In this document: piece after piece, positions 29,397 through 39,595 of the stretch
Position numbering within the stretch: the first letter of the stretch is position 1
Layout of the letters: the number at the start of each line of letters is the position of its first letter
Assembly (NCBI GenBank): GCA_963703345.1
Contig: OY969814.1
Location: 1,760,001 to 1,824,000 of the forward strand
DNA length: 64,000 nucleotides
Direction: 5' to 3'
Source: an uncultured Chloroflexia bacterium
GTDB taxonomy: Bacteria; Chloroflexota; Dehalococcoidia; DSTF01; JALHUB01
Notes under the pieces: model-generated
What the model was told of the DNA's origin: nothing
Seen by the model: only the letters and a program-made list of their open reading frames with translations
Database searches by the model: none
Translations under genes and position numbers: made by a program

Positions 29397-30725
29397 ATGA
29401 GGGCAATCCGAGAGAGCAACCTGATCAAGTGGCTCTACCTGGGCATTAACATCAAGCGCTGGCTCTTGCTGATGGCCCTGGGGGTCGCGGCGATGGGCCT
29501 CGGCTTCTCCTACCTCCTGCGCGAAGTCTACGTTTCCTACACCTTCCCCGAATCAGTCTACTACATCACCCTCCAGTTCATGCCGCGCTGGTTCAGGGGC
29601 ATGATGTTCATCGGCGCCAGCGGCGGACTCATCCTCGTCGCGTTCTGGCGGCTGAACAACTCGCTGCTGTCAGCGCTTGTGCGCCGGAGCGGCGACGAGA
29701 GCCTCGTCAACATCCTCTACAGCAATCGCTACCTGGCGAGAGGTCCGAAGGTCGTCGCTGTCGGCGGCGGCACGGGCCTGTCGACGTTGCTGCGCGGGCT
29801 GAAGGAGTACTCCGGCAACCTGACCGCAGTGGTGACCGTGGCGGACGACGGCGGCAGCTCGGGCAGACTGCGCCGCGAGCTGGGCATCCTGCCGCCGGGC
29901 GACGTGCGCAACTGCATCGCCGCCCTCGCGGACGCCGAGCCGCTGATGACGAAGCTCTTCCAGTACCGCTTCAGCGAGGGTTCGGGGCTAGAGGGACACA
30001 GCTTCGGCAACCTGTTCATCGTCGCCATGTCCGGCGTCACGGGCAACTTCGAGGAGGCCGTGCGCGAGACGAGCCGCGTCCTCGCCGTGCGCGGGAACAT
30101 CCTTCCCTCCACGCTGGCGAACGTCACGCTCTCCGCCCACACGGAGGATGAGGAGATCATTCACGGCGAGTCGAACATAACCGACTCGCCGAGCCGCATC
30201 CGCGAGGTCTATCTGCAGCCGGCGAACGTGGAAGCGAATCCGGATGCCGTCCGGGCGATACTGAACGCCGACATGATCGTCGTTGGGCCGGGCAGCCTGT
30301 TCACGAGCGTCATGCCCAACCTTCTCGTCGAAGGGATACGGCAGGCAATCCAGGCTTCGCCCGCGCTCAAGGTTTACGTCTGCAACGTGGCGACGCAGCG
30401 CGGCGAGACCGATTCCTTCGCCGTCAGCGACCACTTTGAAGTGCTCCGACGCCACATGGACGGCCATCTCTTCCACTACGTGCTGGCGAACAGCAACGTG
30501 CGCGGCCGTCTGCCGGAGAAAGCGCGGTCGCAGGCGGTCCTCGTCGACAAGACTGCTCTCGACGGCGCTCGCGTCATAACCGCAGACGTCGTAAGCGAGG
30601 ACAACCGCTATCACCACGACCCCAAGAAGCTGGCCGACACGCTCGTTCACCTCTACTACGAGCGCAACCAGGTCGAGCAGCTCATCGACAAGGCCGCAAC
30701 CGAGAGCGTGATGAGCGCGGGGTAG
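29397..30725 (+). CDS. yvcK: YvcK/GlmR (UPF0052) family protein with N-terminal TM segments
   Basis: GGGTGLS, VADDGGSSGRLR, PPGDVRNC, GHSFGNL, GPGSLFTS. Confidence 0.9.
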   Translation: MRAIRESNLIKWLYLGINIKRWLLLMALGVAAMGLGFSYLLREVYVSYTFPESVYYITLQFMPRWFRGMMFIGASGGLILVAFWRLNNSLLSALVRRSGDESLVNILYSNRYLARGPKVVAVGGGTGLSTLLRGLKEYSGNLTAVVTVADDGGSSGRLRRELGILPPGDVRNCIAALADAEPLMTKLFQYRFSEGSGLEGHSFGNLFIVAMSGVTGNFEEAVRETSRVLAVRGNILPSTLANVTLSAHTEDEEIIHGESNITDSPSRIREVYLQPANVEANPDAVRAILNADMIVVGPGSLFTSVMPNLLVEGIRQAIQASPALKVYVCNVATQRGETDSFAVSDHFEVLRRHMDGHLFHYVLANSNVRGRLPEKARSQAVLVDKTALDGARVITADVVSEDNRYHHDPKKLADTLVHLYYERNQVEQLIDKAATESVMSAG

Positions 30726-30761
30726 CGCCTACGCCGAGGATGGGTTAGATTAGTGGGTGCT

Positions 30762-31001
30762 ATGAATCTGAGCCTGTTCCTCGCGGCAGTCGGGCTGACG
30801 TACATCAACTACATACAGATCATCATATCCACGGTCCTGACGGTGGTGATCCTTCTTCAGGTTCGCGGATCGGGTTTCGGCGAGTTGGGCACGCAATCCG
30901 TGTTCCGCACGCGTCGTGGCGTCGAGAAGACGCTCTTCCAGTTGACGATCGTCCTGGCGGCGGTGTTCATCCTCGTCTCCATGTGGAGCGTCACTTCCTG
31001 A
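30762..31001 (+). CDS. secG: Preprotein translocase subunit SecG
   Basis: ILLQVRGSG...FRTRRGVEKTLFQLT; two TM helices. Confidence 0.88.
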   Translation: MNLSLFLAAVGLTYINYIQIIISTVLTVVILLQVRGSGFGELGTQSVFRTRRGVEKTLFQLTIVLAAVFILVSMWSVTS

Positions 31002-31144
31002 GGCAACGGCTGAACAGCATGCCGGCGAAGGCTGTTTCGCCGCTTCTCAGAGGTTAACCAGCGAGTGAAGGCCGAGGTCGAATGGCAAGCAGGCCTCGGC
31101 TCCGATGTCTTTCAGCGCCCTTCTCCGGTCGCTGGTCCCTCGAA

Positions 31145-32791
31145 ATGCGGGTCCTCGACGTGACAAGCATAGCGCGCTCGCGATGGCTCCTGCCGGTGAT
31201 CGTGGCGTCCGGAGTGATCGTCCTCTCCGTGCTCTGGTACCAGACCTCGCGCTCGTCGCACATGAGCGCCTCCCTTCCCGTCGCCACCCACAAAGAAGGC
31301 GTGGCCGGTAGCTTCAGCCGCATCAACCCGCTCTATAGCTCGTCAAATGAAGTCGACGCCGACCTGACGACGCTCATCTTTTCCGGCGTAACGCGCCTGG
31401 GGCCGGACGGCCAGGTGCTGCCGGACCTGGCGGAGAGCTGGGACGTCAGCGGCGACGGCCTTACCTACACGTTCCACCTGCGTCAGAACGTGTCCTGGCA
31501 TGACGGCGAGCCGTTCACGGCCGACGACGTCATCTTCACGTACGACGCGCTTCGGGACCCCGACTTCCAGGGCCAACCGGCACAAGCGGAGCTATTTCAC
31601 AACATAACCGTCACGAAGGTGGACGACGCGACGGTGCAGATCCGGCTGACGCAGCCGTTCGCGCCGCTGCTGGCGCATCTGACCGTCGGTATCCTGCCGT
31701 CGCACCTGCTGCAGGGACAGGACGCGGAGGCGCTGTACTCCAGCCCCTTCAACCAGCAGCCCGTCGGCACGGGGCCGTTCCGGCTGACCGACCTGTCGCC
31801 GCAGCGGGCGGTGCTGGAGGCAAACACCGGCTACTATCTGGGCGGCCCCTATCTGCGGCGCTTCGAGTTCCGGTTCTATCAGGATGAGCCTTCGCTCTTG
31901 AAGGCCTTGAAGGCCGGCGAGGTGCAGAGCGCCTTCTTCCGCTCGCCACTGAACGCCGATGACAGCCAGTACCTGCAGACCGACGCGAATCTGCAGTTGC
32001 TCGCCCTTCCTTCGACCACGTCGACCGTGCTTTACTTCAACGACGCCTGGCCATCGCTTCAGGACAAGAAGGTGAGGCAGGCGCTGGCCTACGCGACGAA
32101 CCGGCAGGGCATTATCTCAGACATCCTCCAGGACCAGGGGGTAGAGGCCGACAGTGCCATTGCCGCCGGCACCTGGTCCTATTACCCGGTGCTCGACCGC
32201 TATGCCTACGACCCCAATCAGGCGGCGACACTCCTCGACGAGGCCGGCTGGACACTTCAGCCAAACGGCATCCGCGCCAAGGACGGAGTGGAGTTGCGCT
32301 TTCGCATCATAACGAACGACGATGCGTTGCGAACGGCGGCGGCGGACGACATCGCCCGGTCCTGGTCGGCGCTGGGAATTCCGACGGACGTGTCTGTACA
32401 GGGGCCGACGACGCTGCTGCGCGACATGCTGTTGCCGCACGATTTCATCGTCGCTATCTACGGCTTCGACGGCGGGCCGGACCCTGACCCTTATCCCGCC
32501 TACCACAGCTCGCAGGCGAGGCCCGGCGGCGAGAATCTCTCCGGCTTCAGCGATCCGACGGTCGACCTCCTCCTCCAGAACGCGCGGCAAAGCAGCGACG
32601 CAGAGGCGCGAAAGGCGCTGTACCGTCAGTTCCAGGAGGTGTTCGCCGGCGAACTGCCGAACCTTCCCCTCTACCAGCGCACGTTCACCTATGCCGTGGA
32701 CAAGCATCTCCAAGGCGTGGCGCCGGCGGTCCTGTTCGACTCGAGCTCTCGCTTCTGCCAGGTAAACGAGTGGCGACTGGAGGGCGGCTAG
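31145..32791 (+). CDS. Peptide ABC transporter substrate-binding protein (family 5)
   Basis: PDLAESW, WHDGEPFTADDVIFT, PVGTGPF. Confidence 0.9.
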   Translation: MRVLDVTSIARSRWLLPVIVASGVIVLSVLWYQTSRSSHMSASLPVATHKEGVAGSFSRINPLYSSSNEVDADLTTLIFSGVTRLGPDGQVLPDLAESWDVSGDGLTYTFHLRQNVSWHDGEPFTADDVIFTYDALRDPDFQGQPAQAELFHNITVTKVDDATVQIRLTQPFAPLLAHLTVGILPSHLLQGQDAEALYSSPFNQQPVGTGPFRLTDLSPQRAVLEANTGYYLGGPYLRRFEFRFYQDEPSLLKALKAGEVQSAFFRSPLNADDSQYLQTDANLQLLALPSTTSTVLYFNDAWPSLQDKKVRQALAYATNRQGIISDILQDQGVEADSAIAAGTWSYYPVLDRYAYDPNQAATLLDEAGWTLQPNGIRAKDGVELRFRIITNDDALRTAAADDIARSWSALGIPTDVSVQGPTTLLRDMLLPHDFIVAIYGFDGGPDPDPYPAYHSSQARPGGENLSGFSDPTVDLLLQNARQSSDAEARKALYRQFQEVFAGELPNLPLYQRTFTYAVDKHLQGVAPAVLFDSSSRFCQVNEWRLEGG

Positions 32792-32792
32792 C

Positions 32793-33647
32793 GTGCCGCC
32801 GGACCCGCCGGTAATCACCCTCACGACCGATTTCGGCGTCTCGGACCACTACGTTGGCGTGATGAAGGGCGTCATCCTCTCGATCAACCCTCGCGCAACT
32901 ATCGTCGACATCACGCATCAGGTACAGCCGCAGCGCGTTGAAGAGGGCGCCTTCCTGCTCGGAGCGGCCTGGCCGCACTTTCCGCCGGGCAGCGTTCACG
33001 TCGTTGTCGTCGACCCCGGTGTCGGCACGGACCGGCCGGCGCTGGCGCTGTCGACGCCGTCGGCCTTCTTCGTCGGACCGGACAACGGCGTCCTTTCAGC
33101 CGCCTTGCCGGACAGCGCTCGCCCGCGCGGCCTTCGCCCGCTCCCGAGGTCGGTGGAGCTTCCGGAAGGGTACAATGCCGTCGCCATCAGCAATCCCGGC
33201 TACCTGCGACAGCCTGTGAGCGCCACCTTCCACGCCCGCGACGTCTTCGCGCCGGTGGCGGCTCACCTCTCTTTGGGCGCGAGCCTCGATAGCTTCGGCG
33301 TAAAGGCGTCTACGATGCGGGCGCTGCCGCCGTTCAAGGCGGTCCGGAAGAGCGACGGGACTCTCGAGGGGCGCGTCGTCCACATCGATCAGTTTGGCAA
33401 CCTGATCACGACCATCCGCGGGACGGACATCGCCAAGAGCGACGTGACTGTGGAGATAGCCGGGGCCAGTATCCACGGCATCGCAAGGACCTACGGCACG
33501 GGCGAGGAGATGGTTGCGGTTATCGGCAGCAGCGGCTATCTGGAGATAGCGCTTCCGCTGGGCAGCGCGGAGCAACTGCTGGACGCGGAGTTGGACGCGC
33601 CTGTGGGCGTGCGGCCGGTCATCGTGCGGACGAAGCGGTCGCAGTAA
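32793..33647 (+). CDS. SAM hydroxide adenosyltransferase / SAM-dependent halogenase family (DUF62)
   Basis: ITLTTDFG, VVDPGVG, GPDNG, TFHARDVFAP, DQFGNL. Confidence 0.92.
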   Translation: MPPDPPVITLTTDFGVSDHYVGVMKGVILSINPRATIVDITHQVQPQRVEEGAFLLGAAWPHFPPGSVHVVVVDPGVGTDRPALALSTPSAFFVGPDNGVLSAALPDSARPRGLRPLPRSVELPEGYNAVAISNPGYLRQPVSATFHARDVFAPVAAHLSLGASLDSFGVKASTMRALPPFKAVRKSDGTLEGRVVHIDQFGNLITTIRGTDIAKSDVTVEIAGASIHGIARTYGTGEEMVAVIGSSGYLEIALPLGSAEQLLDAELDAPVGVRPVIVRTKRSQ

Positions 33648-33659
33648 GCTTCCGAACCC

Positions 33660-34451
33660 CTACGGCATCAGCATGACGGGCACGGCGAAAAGGTTGATGA
33701 CGCTGCCATCCTCGGGGCTCAGGCTGTAGCCCTCTATGGTCCCCTGCTGTGCCCCTCCCGACAGCGAGAACTTGAGATCCTGAGAGAACGTCCCTTTTGC
33801 CGGCGCACCCTCGGATGCCATGACGTGCGCGCTTGCGAGCTCGTTGCCTGTTGAGTCCTTGACGGCGACCGTTAGCGACGCCTCGAAAACAGAGGCGGTG
33901 CCGCTTATCGTGACGGGACTCTGCACAATAGAGCCGCACAACGGCGAATCGATGACTATGTTCGGCTCTTCGCCGGACACTTTTATGGGAACAACGGCCT
34001 CGCCGGCAACGCTGCCATCCTTTGGGCTAAGGCTGAGGACATGGACGCGAGCGGCCTCGGCCAGAGGCGGAGTAAAGGGCGGCGGCGGGAAAGCAAGCGT
34101 CACTTCGAAGGTGCCGGTCCCGGGCGCGCCTTGGCTGGCAGTAGTGGTAACGCGGCAGAATGTGCGGTCACCTTTGGAGCTTTCTATGGCGACAGTGAGC
34201 GCCCCTTCGAAGACGCTGGCGGTGCCGGAAACCGTTATCGGCACAGAGACGACCTCATCGTTCTGCGGCTTGTCAATCGTTATGGCGCCGGGTTGAACGG
34301 TCTCCTCGGGCGACGGCGTGCCGGCCACCGTCGGCGCCGTCGGCGTTTTCGGCGTCACGTCCGCCTTCTTGCTGCTGCCGCAGGCCGTCAGTACCATTAC
34401 TGAGGCGACCGACAGAACGAATATTGCCGCCAGATGGGTAGCCTTAGTCAT
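33660..34451 (-). CDS. Lipoprotein with two Gmad2-like immunoglobulin domains
   Basis: Lipobox LTAC; duplicated SGTASVFE...GTF...SP(K/E)DGS. Confidence 0.8.
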   Translation of the reverse strand: MTKATHLAAIFVLSVASVMVLTACGSSKKADVTPKTPTAPTVAGTPSPEETVQPGAITIDKPQNDEVVSVPITVSGTASVFEGALTVAIESSKGDRTFCRVTTTASQGAPGTGTFEVTLAFPPPPFTPPLAEAARVHVLSLSPKDGSVAGEAVVPIKVSGEEPNIVIDSPLCGSIVQSPVTISGTASVFEASLTVAVKDSTGNELASAHVMASEGAPAKGTFSQDLKFSLSGGAQQGTIEGYSLSPEDGSVINLFAVPVMLMP

Positions 34452-34532
34452 GTTCTCCACCTCTTTTCGCCACCATAGTATAATCCGCCTCGTCAACACG
34501 TAACAACTTTCTTATCGACTGCGGAGGGAGAA

Positions 34533-35486
34533 TTGCGTATCGTCTTTCTCGGAACGTCTGAGTTCGCGCTTCCGGCGCTGGAGCGGCTGGTCAGCAGCGA
34601 TTACGAGGTGGTGGGCGTCTACACGCAGCCGGACCGACCGGCGGGTCGCGGCCGACGTGAGCGGGCGTCGGCGGTGAAGGAGACGGCGGTGCAACATCGC
34701 CTGGCGGTCTTCCAGCCGTCGCGACTGGGGGCGCCCGAGGCGATGGCGGATCTGGCCGAGCTGCGACCGGACGTGATGGTCGCCGCCGCGTACGGCCAGA
34801 TCCTGCGGCAGACGGTGCTGGACCTGCCGCCGTACGGCGTGCTGAACATCCATCCCTCTCTCCTGCCGCGTTACCGCGGCGCATCCCCCGTGGCCGCGGC
34901 GATTCTGAATGGCGACGAGGAGACGGGAGTGACGATCATGCGAATGGTCCTGGCGCTCGACGAGGGGCCGATTCTTAGCCAGCGGAAGGTCCCCATCGAG
35001 GCGCAGGACACGACCGGCAGTCTGACGCATCGCCTCGCTGAGGAAGGTGCAGACCTGCTGATGGCGATGCTGCCGGGTTATGTCAACGGAACACTTGCGC
35101 CCGTGCCCCAGGACGATTCTCTCGCCAGCTACGTGTCGATGGTGAAGAAGGAGGACGGTATCATCGACTGGCGATTGCCGGCATCGCAGATCTGGCGGCA
35201 GGTACGGGCGTACAACCCCTGGCCCATCGCCTTTACGCATCTCGACGGCGCTATACTACAGATTCGCGAGGCCTGGCCGCTCAAAGGCGACGCCGCAGGG
35301 CCGGCCGGGACGATCGTACCTGCGCCATCGGACGCCGAAGGGCCGGCGAGCGAAGCGGGCTTCGCGGTGCAGACGGGCGAAGGGCTGCTGGCGGTGATTC
35401 GTGTCCAGAAGCAAGGTCGGCAGGCGCTTCCGGCGAAGGAGTTCGCGCGCGGCGAGCGAGGGCTGCTGGGGCGACGAATGGGCTGA
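34533..35486 (+). CDS. fmt: Methionyl-tRNA formyltransferase
   Basis: RIVFLGT, TQPDRP, NIHPSLLPRYRGA, RAYNPWP. Confidence 0.96.
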   Translation: MRIVFLGTSEFALPALERLVSSDYEVVGVYTQPDRPAGRGRRERASAVKETAVQHRLAVFQPSRLGAPEAMADLAELRPDVMVAAAYGQILRQTVLDLPPYGVLNIHPSLLPRYRGASPVAAAILNGDEETGVTIMRMVLALDEGPILSQRKVPIEAQDTTGSLTHRLAEEGADLLMAMLPGYVNGTLAPVPQDDSLASYVSMVKKEDGIIDWRLPASQIWRQVRAYNPWPIAFTHLDGAILQIREAWPLKGDAAGPAGTIVPAPSDAEGPASEAGFAVQTGEGLLAVIRVQKQGRQALPAKEFARGERGLLGRRMG

Positions 35487-35541
35487 ACTCCTGCCTGCCG
35501 GGCAAGCAGGACTCCCCATCTGTTGAACTCCCGGCCCGAGC

Positions 35542-35566
35542 GCCGAGGCTGGAAAGCCTCGGCTAC
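35542..35566. repeat. GTAG-type REP-like hairpin between convergent genes; may act as terminator
   Basis: GCCGAGGCT-GGAA-AGCCTCGGC followed by TAC; reverse strand starts GTAG. Confidence 0.6.
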
Positions 35567-36234
35567 GTTGTTTCGGGCCTACCGGGCTCTTTCTTGGACT
35601 CCGCGGTCTCTGCTGCTTCGCCCTCTTCCGCGGCAGCCTCTTCGGCGGGTCCAGCCGCTTCGGCTTCGACGACCTTGCGCGGCGGCGCGACGCTGGCGAT
35701 GACCGATTCGGGATCGGTCAGCAGGTGGACTTTGGGATCGATCGCGAGATCGCGGACGTGGACGGAGGCGTAGAACGAGGCGAGCCCTGAGATATCGACT
35801 TCCACGTGCGGCGGAATATCGGCGGGCAGCGCTTCGACGCTGATGGAGTCGAGCCCTTGAAGCAGGATGCCGCCCAGGTCTTCAACGGCGGGCGCTTTGC
35901 CGATGAGGAGAAGCGGCACGTCCGCCTTCATCTTCTCGGCGAGGGACACCTGGTAGAAGTCGACGTGCAGTACCGTGTCGTTGAGGACGTCGCGCTGGAT
36001 GTGACGGACCATGACGGGTCGCGCAGTCTTCTCGCCCTCGATGCTCAGCGACAGGATGGCGTTGCGCTCGATCTTCTTCAGGGCGTGCGCGAGGATGAGG
36101 CTATCGACCTGCACGGCCTGCGATTCGAGACGGTGGCCGAAGATGTTAGCGGGCGTTGTGCCACCGCGCCGGAGGGCGCGCACTTTCTTGCCGAGAACGG
36201 ACCGGCGCGAGACCGTCAGTTGCACTTGGTCCAC
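35563..36234 (-). CDS. rplY: 50S ribosomal protein L25 (Ctc form)
   Basis: GKKVRALRR, PANIFG, HVDFYQV, LPADIP; GTG start with GGAG RBS. Confidence 0.93.
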   Translation of the reverse strand: MDQVQLTVSRRSVLGKKVRALRRGGTTPANIFGHRLESQAVQVDSLILAHALKKIERNAILSLSIEGEKTARPVMVRHIQRDVLNDTVLHVDFYQVSLAEKMKADVPLLLIGKAPAVEDLGGILLQGLDSISVEALPADIPPHVEVDISGLASFYASVHVRDLAIDPKVHLLTDPESVIASVAPPRKVVEAEAAGPAEEAAAEEGEAAETAESKKEPGRPETT

Positions 36235-36247
36235 GATACTGCTCCTA

Positions 36248-36646
36248 CTAGCGGCCGAACAGGCGGCCGACGGACTTGACAAGCCATCTCCCGAAGAAGA
36301 AGCCGGCCCCGAGAGCGAAGGCGCTTGGCACGGTAAGGACGGGTCGCACGTTGCCGCCGCGGAGGGACGGCGTGACGAGCAGCCCGACGTGAACCCCATC
36401 CGCGGAGACCTCCCGTCCGACGACCAGCAGGGCGCCTCCCTGAGTTAGCGACACCCGCTCTCCCTTGACCGAGCCGACGCTGCTCTGCCGCACGTCGGCG
36501 TCGGCGGCGAACAGGTTCTGCACCGCCGACTGCGTCACAGTCACCTGGCCGCCGGACAAGACGCGGACGGCGCTCTGAGTTATGTCCAGCCGTTCCCGCG
36601 GCAACTCGTCGAATGGGGGCTCTTGCACCCGCTGCCTCCTCTGCAC
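36248..36646 (-). CDS. Hypothetical protein with short QSA/QSS repeats and C-terminal TM helix
   Basis: Fills the gap upstream of rplY; repeated I/V-T-Q-S-A-V units. Confidence 0.6.
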   Translation of the reverse strand: MQRRQRVQEPPFDELPRERLDITQSAVRVLSGGQVTVTQSAVQNLFAADADVRQSSVGSVKGERVSLTQGGALLVVGREVSADGVHVGLLVTPSLRGGNVRPVLTVPSAFALGAGFFFGRWLVKSVGRLFGR

Positions 36647-36725
36647 ACGCAGGCCAGCGTCCGGGGGACTAAATGAAGTTATCAGAATGTCGGCTCGCCC
36701 GTCAAGGAGGAGGGACGCGACTCGA

Positions 36726-38480
36726 CTAGGCAGCCTGTTCCTCGAACTGGGTCAGGAAGCGGTCGATGACGCGCAGGAAGGCGTCAACGGCGTCCGGGTC
36801 GAACTGGCTGCCGGAGTTCGCTGTGATCTCCTTCAGCGCCGCCTCGTGCGAGATCGCCTTGCGATAGGGGCGGTCGGAGGTCATGGCGTCGTACGCGTCG
36901 ACTACGGTGAAGATTCGCGCCTCCAGGGGAATGCGGTCGGCGGCGAGTCCGAAGGGATAGCCGCGGCCGTCGTAGCGCTCGTGATGGTACATTAGTATGG
37001 GCAGCGCGCCCTCGAGGAAGCCGACTTTGGACACGAGGACTCCCGCCAGAAGCGGGTGCTTCTGCATGGTCTGCCACTCGCGACGGGAGAGCGTCGCCGG
37101 TTTTCGCAGGATTGCATCTGGGACGCCTATCTTGCCGACGTCGTGGAGCAGGGCGCCGCGTTCGATGTCGATGAGCTTCTCCTCGGGCACCTGCATCTCG
37201 CGGGCGATAGCGACGGTCAGCTTCGCGACGCGCTCGGAGTGGCCTTCCGTGGCGGCGTCCTTGGCATCGAGCGCGGCGGAGAGCGCCTTGAGCGTGGCGT
37301 CATAGCTCAGCTCGAGCTCGCCGGCGTAGGCGCGGACCCTGGCGAAGAGGTTGGCCTGCTCGACTGCCATCGCCGCCTGGCCGGCCAGCTCTTCTAACAT
37401 CGTCACCTCGGCGCGGCCGAATCCATTCGCCGAGGAGCGTCGTAGGACTGCTATTACGCCGGTGGCTTTGCTGCGCAGCTTCATCGGCACGCAAAGGATA
37501 GCCATGGGCTGCTGCTCGACGTCCACGCCGAATACGCGCCGATAGTCCGCCCGCCAGTTCCGCAACACGTTCGTCTCGCCGGTCGCCAGGACGCGATGAA
37601 ACAGCCACTCCTGGACCTCGCGATTGTGAAGTGCCACCGTGTCGCGCTTTTCGTCGTGGCTTGCGCGCGCGGCCAGCGCTCGCGACTCGGGGTCGACGAG
37701 ACAGACGACGCTGTACTGTCCCTGAACAAGCAGCGTCGCATCTCGGACGATCTGGCTCAGAACCTCCTGCGTGTCCAGCGATGAACGAACGTGCTCGCCC
37801 GTCTGGTAAAGGTACGTTAGGCGGGCGTGGTCCTGGGCGAGGACGCGCGTGACACCCCAGGCTCCCGCCTGCAAGACCGCGTACAGCGCAAGTAGTCCTA
37901 CAGCGATCTCGACGTAGAGCAAACGCTGCGCTGAGGCGATGCTGGAAGCGACTGCGGCGTAGTCCTGGTGAATCTCGACTGCCGCGGCGACCTGTCGGCC
38001 ACTCGAGTAGAGCGGCGCATAGACGTCGAGGACGGGCCCTTTCCGAGCGATGCCGCCATCGCCGCTGGAGCCGGCATCCAGCACTGTGCCGCTCGTCTTG
38101 TCGCCCAGCGCGTCGAGAATCGCCTGCTGGTCGGAAGGGGTCCGGCCTATTTCCGATGAATCAGTAGAATAGACCGTCTGGCCCTGCCGGTTGTAGACGC
38201 GCAATCGCTGCGTCTGGCCGGAGAGAACGAAGCGGGCAACCGTCTGTTGAAGCTGGTCGTAGGCCGGGCCGGACAGGGGCGTCGAGAGGTCCAGGGCGGC
38301 GACCTGCGGCTGCAAGACGGCGACGACGGAAGCGGCCGCGGTGTCAGCGGTCGATGTCCTCACTTGCGTCTCGATCTCGCGTCCGGCCAGGAGTGCGAGC
38401 GCCACGCCTGCAAGCACGAACGCGATGAGGCTCAGTGTGGCGAAGGGATAGAGGATATCGCCCTTGACGCTTCTTGGCAT
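36726..38480 (-). CDS. Membrane-bound GAF + HD-GYP cyclic-dinucleotide phosphodiesterase
   Basis: GHSERV, LHDVGKIG, HHERYDGRGYP, DAYDAMTSDRPYR. Confidence 0.92.
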   Translation of the reverse strand: MPRSVKGDILYPFATLSLIAFVLAGVALALLAGREIETQVRTSTADTAAASVVAVLQPQVAALDLSTPLSGPAYDQLQQTVARFVLSGQTQRLRVYNRQGQTVYSTDSSEIGRTPSDQQAILDALGDKTSGTVLDAGSSGDGGIARKGPVLDVYAPLYSSGRQVAAAVEIHQDYAAVASSIASAQRLLYVEIAVGLLALYAVLQAGAWGVTRVLAQDHARLTYLYQTGEHVRSSLDTQEVLSQIVRDATLLVQGQYSVVCLVDPESRALAARASHDEKRDTVALHNREVQEWLFHRVLATGETNVLRNWRADYRRVFGVDVEQQPMAILCVPMKLRSKATGVIAVLRRSSANGFGRAEVTMLEELAGQAAMAVEQANLFARVRAYAGELELSYDATLKALSAALDAKDAATEGHSERVAKLTVAIAREMQVPEEKLIDIERGALLHDVGKIGVPDAILRKPATLSRREWQTMQKHPLLAGVLVSKVGFLEGALPILMYHHERYDGRGYPFGLAADRIPLEARIFTVVDAYDAMTSDRPYRKAISHEAALKEITANSGSQFDPDAVDAFLRVIDRFLTQFEEQAA

Positions 38481-38634
38481 GGCAATCCTAACGAGTACGG
38501 CGCGCGCCTCCGTTCATATAGGTATCGGCCGGACCCGATGGAACCTTTATGATGGCGGGGGCCGATGGTGATACAGGTGACCGCCTCCAGCCGCCAGTGC
38601 TAAGATGAATACAACTTGTCTGAAGGAGAGCGCC

Positions 38635-39459
38635 TTGACGTTGGACGAGAAACAGGCGGAGTTGCGCCGGCTGCTGCGCGAGATCGGCTCAACGGTCGTG
38701 GCGTTTTCCGGCGGCGTCGACAGCGCTCTTCTCGCCGCCGTCGCCCGCGAGGTGCTGGACGGTCGCGCGCTGGCCGTGACGGCGCTATCGCCGGCGGTCC
38801 CGGCATCGGAAGTGGAAGCGGCGCGCGAACTGGCGGCAGCCATCGGCGTGCGGCACATAATCGTCGAGACGGCAGAGATGGAATCGCCGGCGTACCGGCG
38901 GAACGACACCGACCGCTGCTATCACTGCAAGAGCGAGCTGTTTCACCGTCTGCGGGCGCTGGCGGACGAGCAGGGGCTGGCGTGGGTTGTCGAAGGCAGC
39001 AACGTGGACGACGAGGGCGACTTTCGCCCGGGAAGGCGCGCCGCTTCGGAGCAGGGCGTGCGGTCGCCGCTGCGAGAGGCGGGCCTGACGAAGGAAGAGA
39101 TACGGGCGCTATCGCGGGAGCGCGGTATGCAGACGTGGGACAAGCCGTCGATGGCGTGCCTGGCGTCCCGCATTCCCTACGGGACGCCGATCAACCGCGA
39201 GGCGCTCGCCCAGATAGAGGCGGCGGAAGAACTGCTGCGATCGCTGGGGCTGCGTCAGCTCCGCGTGCGCCATCACGGCACGCTCGCGCGCATCGAGGTG
39301 GAGGTCGGCGGCATGCCGACGTTCCTGGACGACGAGACGCGGCGCCGCGTCGTCGAAGGGCTGAAGTCGCTGGGGTACACGTACGTGACACTGGACCTGG
39401 CGGGCTTCCGTAGCGGCAGCATGAACGAGGCGATTCGCGGGTCAGCCGAGTCGTCCTAG
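38635..39459 (+). CDS. larE: LarE-family ATP-dependent sacrificial sulfur transferase
   Basis: AFSGGVDS PP-loop, RCYHCK, RPG, ACLASRIPYG, RVRHH, GFRSGSMN. Confidence 0.9.
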   Translation: MTLDEKQAELRRLLREIGSTVVAFSGGVDSALLAAVAREVLDGRALAVTALSPAVPASEVEAARELAAAIGVRHIIVETAEMESPAYRRNDTDRCYHCKSELFHRLRALADEQGLAWVVEGSNVDDEGDFRPGRRAASEQGVRSPLREAGLTKEEIRALSRERGMQTWDKPSMACLASRIPYGTPINREALAQIEAAEELLRSLGLRQLRVRHHGTLARIEVEVGGMPTFLDDETRRRVVEGLKSLGYTYVTLDLAGFRSGSMNEAIRGSAESS

Positions 39460-39497
39460 GCGCGGGACCTGACAAACATCAAGCTTCTGAAGATGGA

Positions 39498-39533
39498 GCA
39501 ACGGGTCGCCCGTGGACCAAGGCGACCCGTTGC
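39498..39533. terminator. Hairpin between convergent genes
   Basis: GCAACGGGTCGCC-10 nt-GGCGACCCGTTGC, perfect 13-bp stem. Confidence 0.7.
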
Positions 39534-39595
39534 GTCGCGGGGTATGTTGCCTGCTCTCGCGAGGTCGGACGAGAGACAAAGCCCAAATCAGATAG

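Noticed and set aside
32793-33647. Fluorinase or chlorinase
   Set aside because: Housekeeping context with no biosynthetic cluster; the common DUF62 SAM hydrolase is more plausible.
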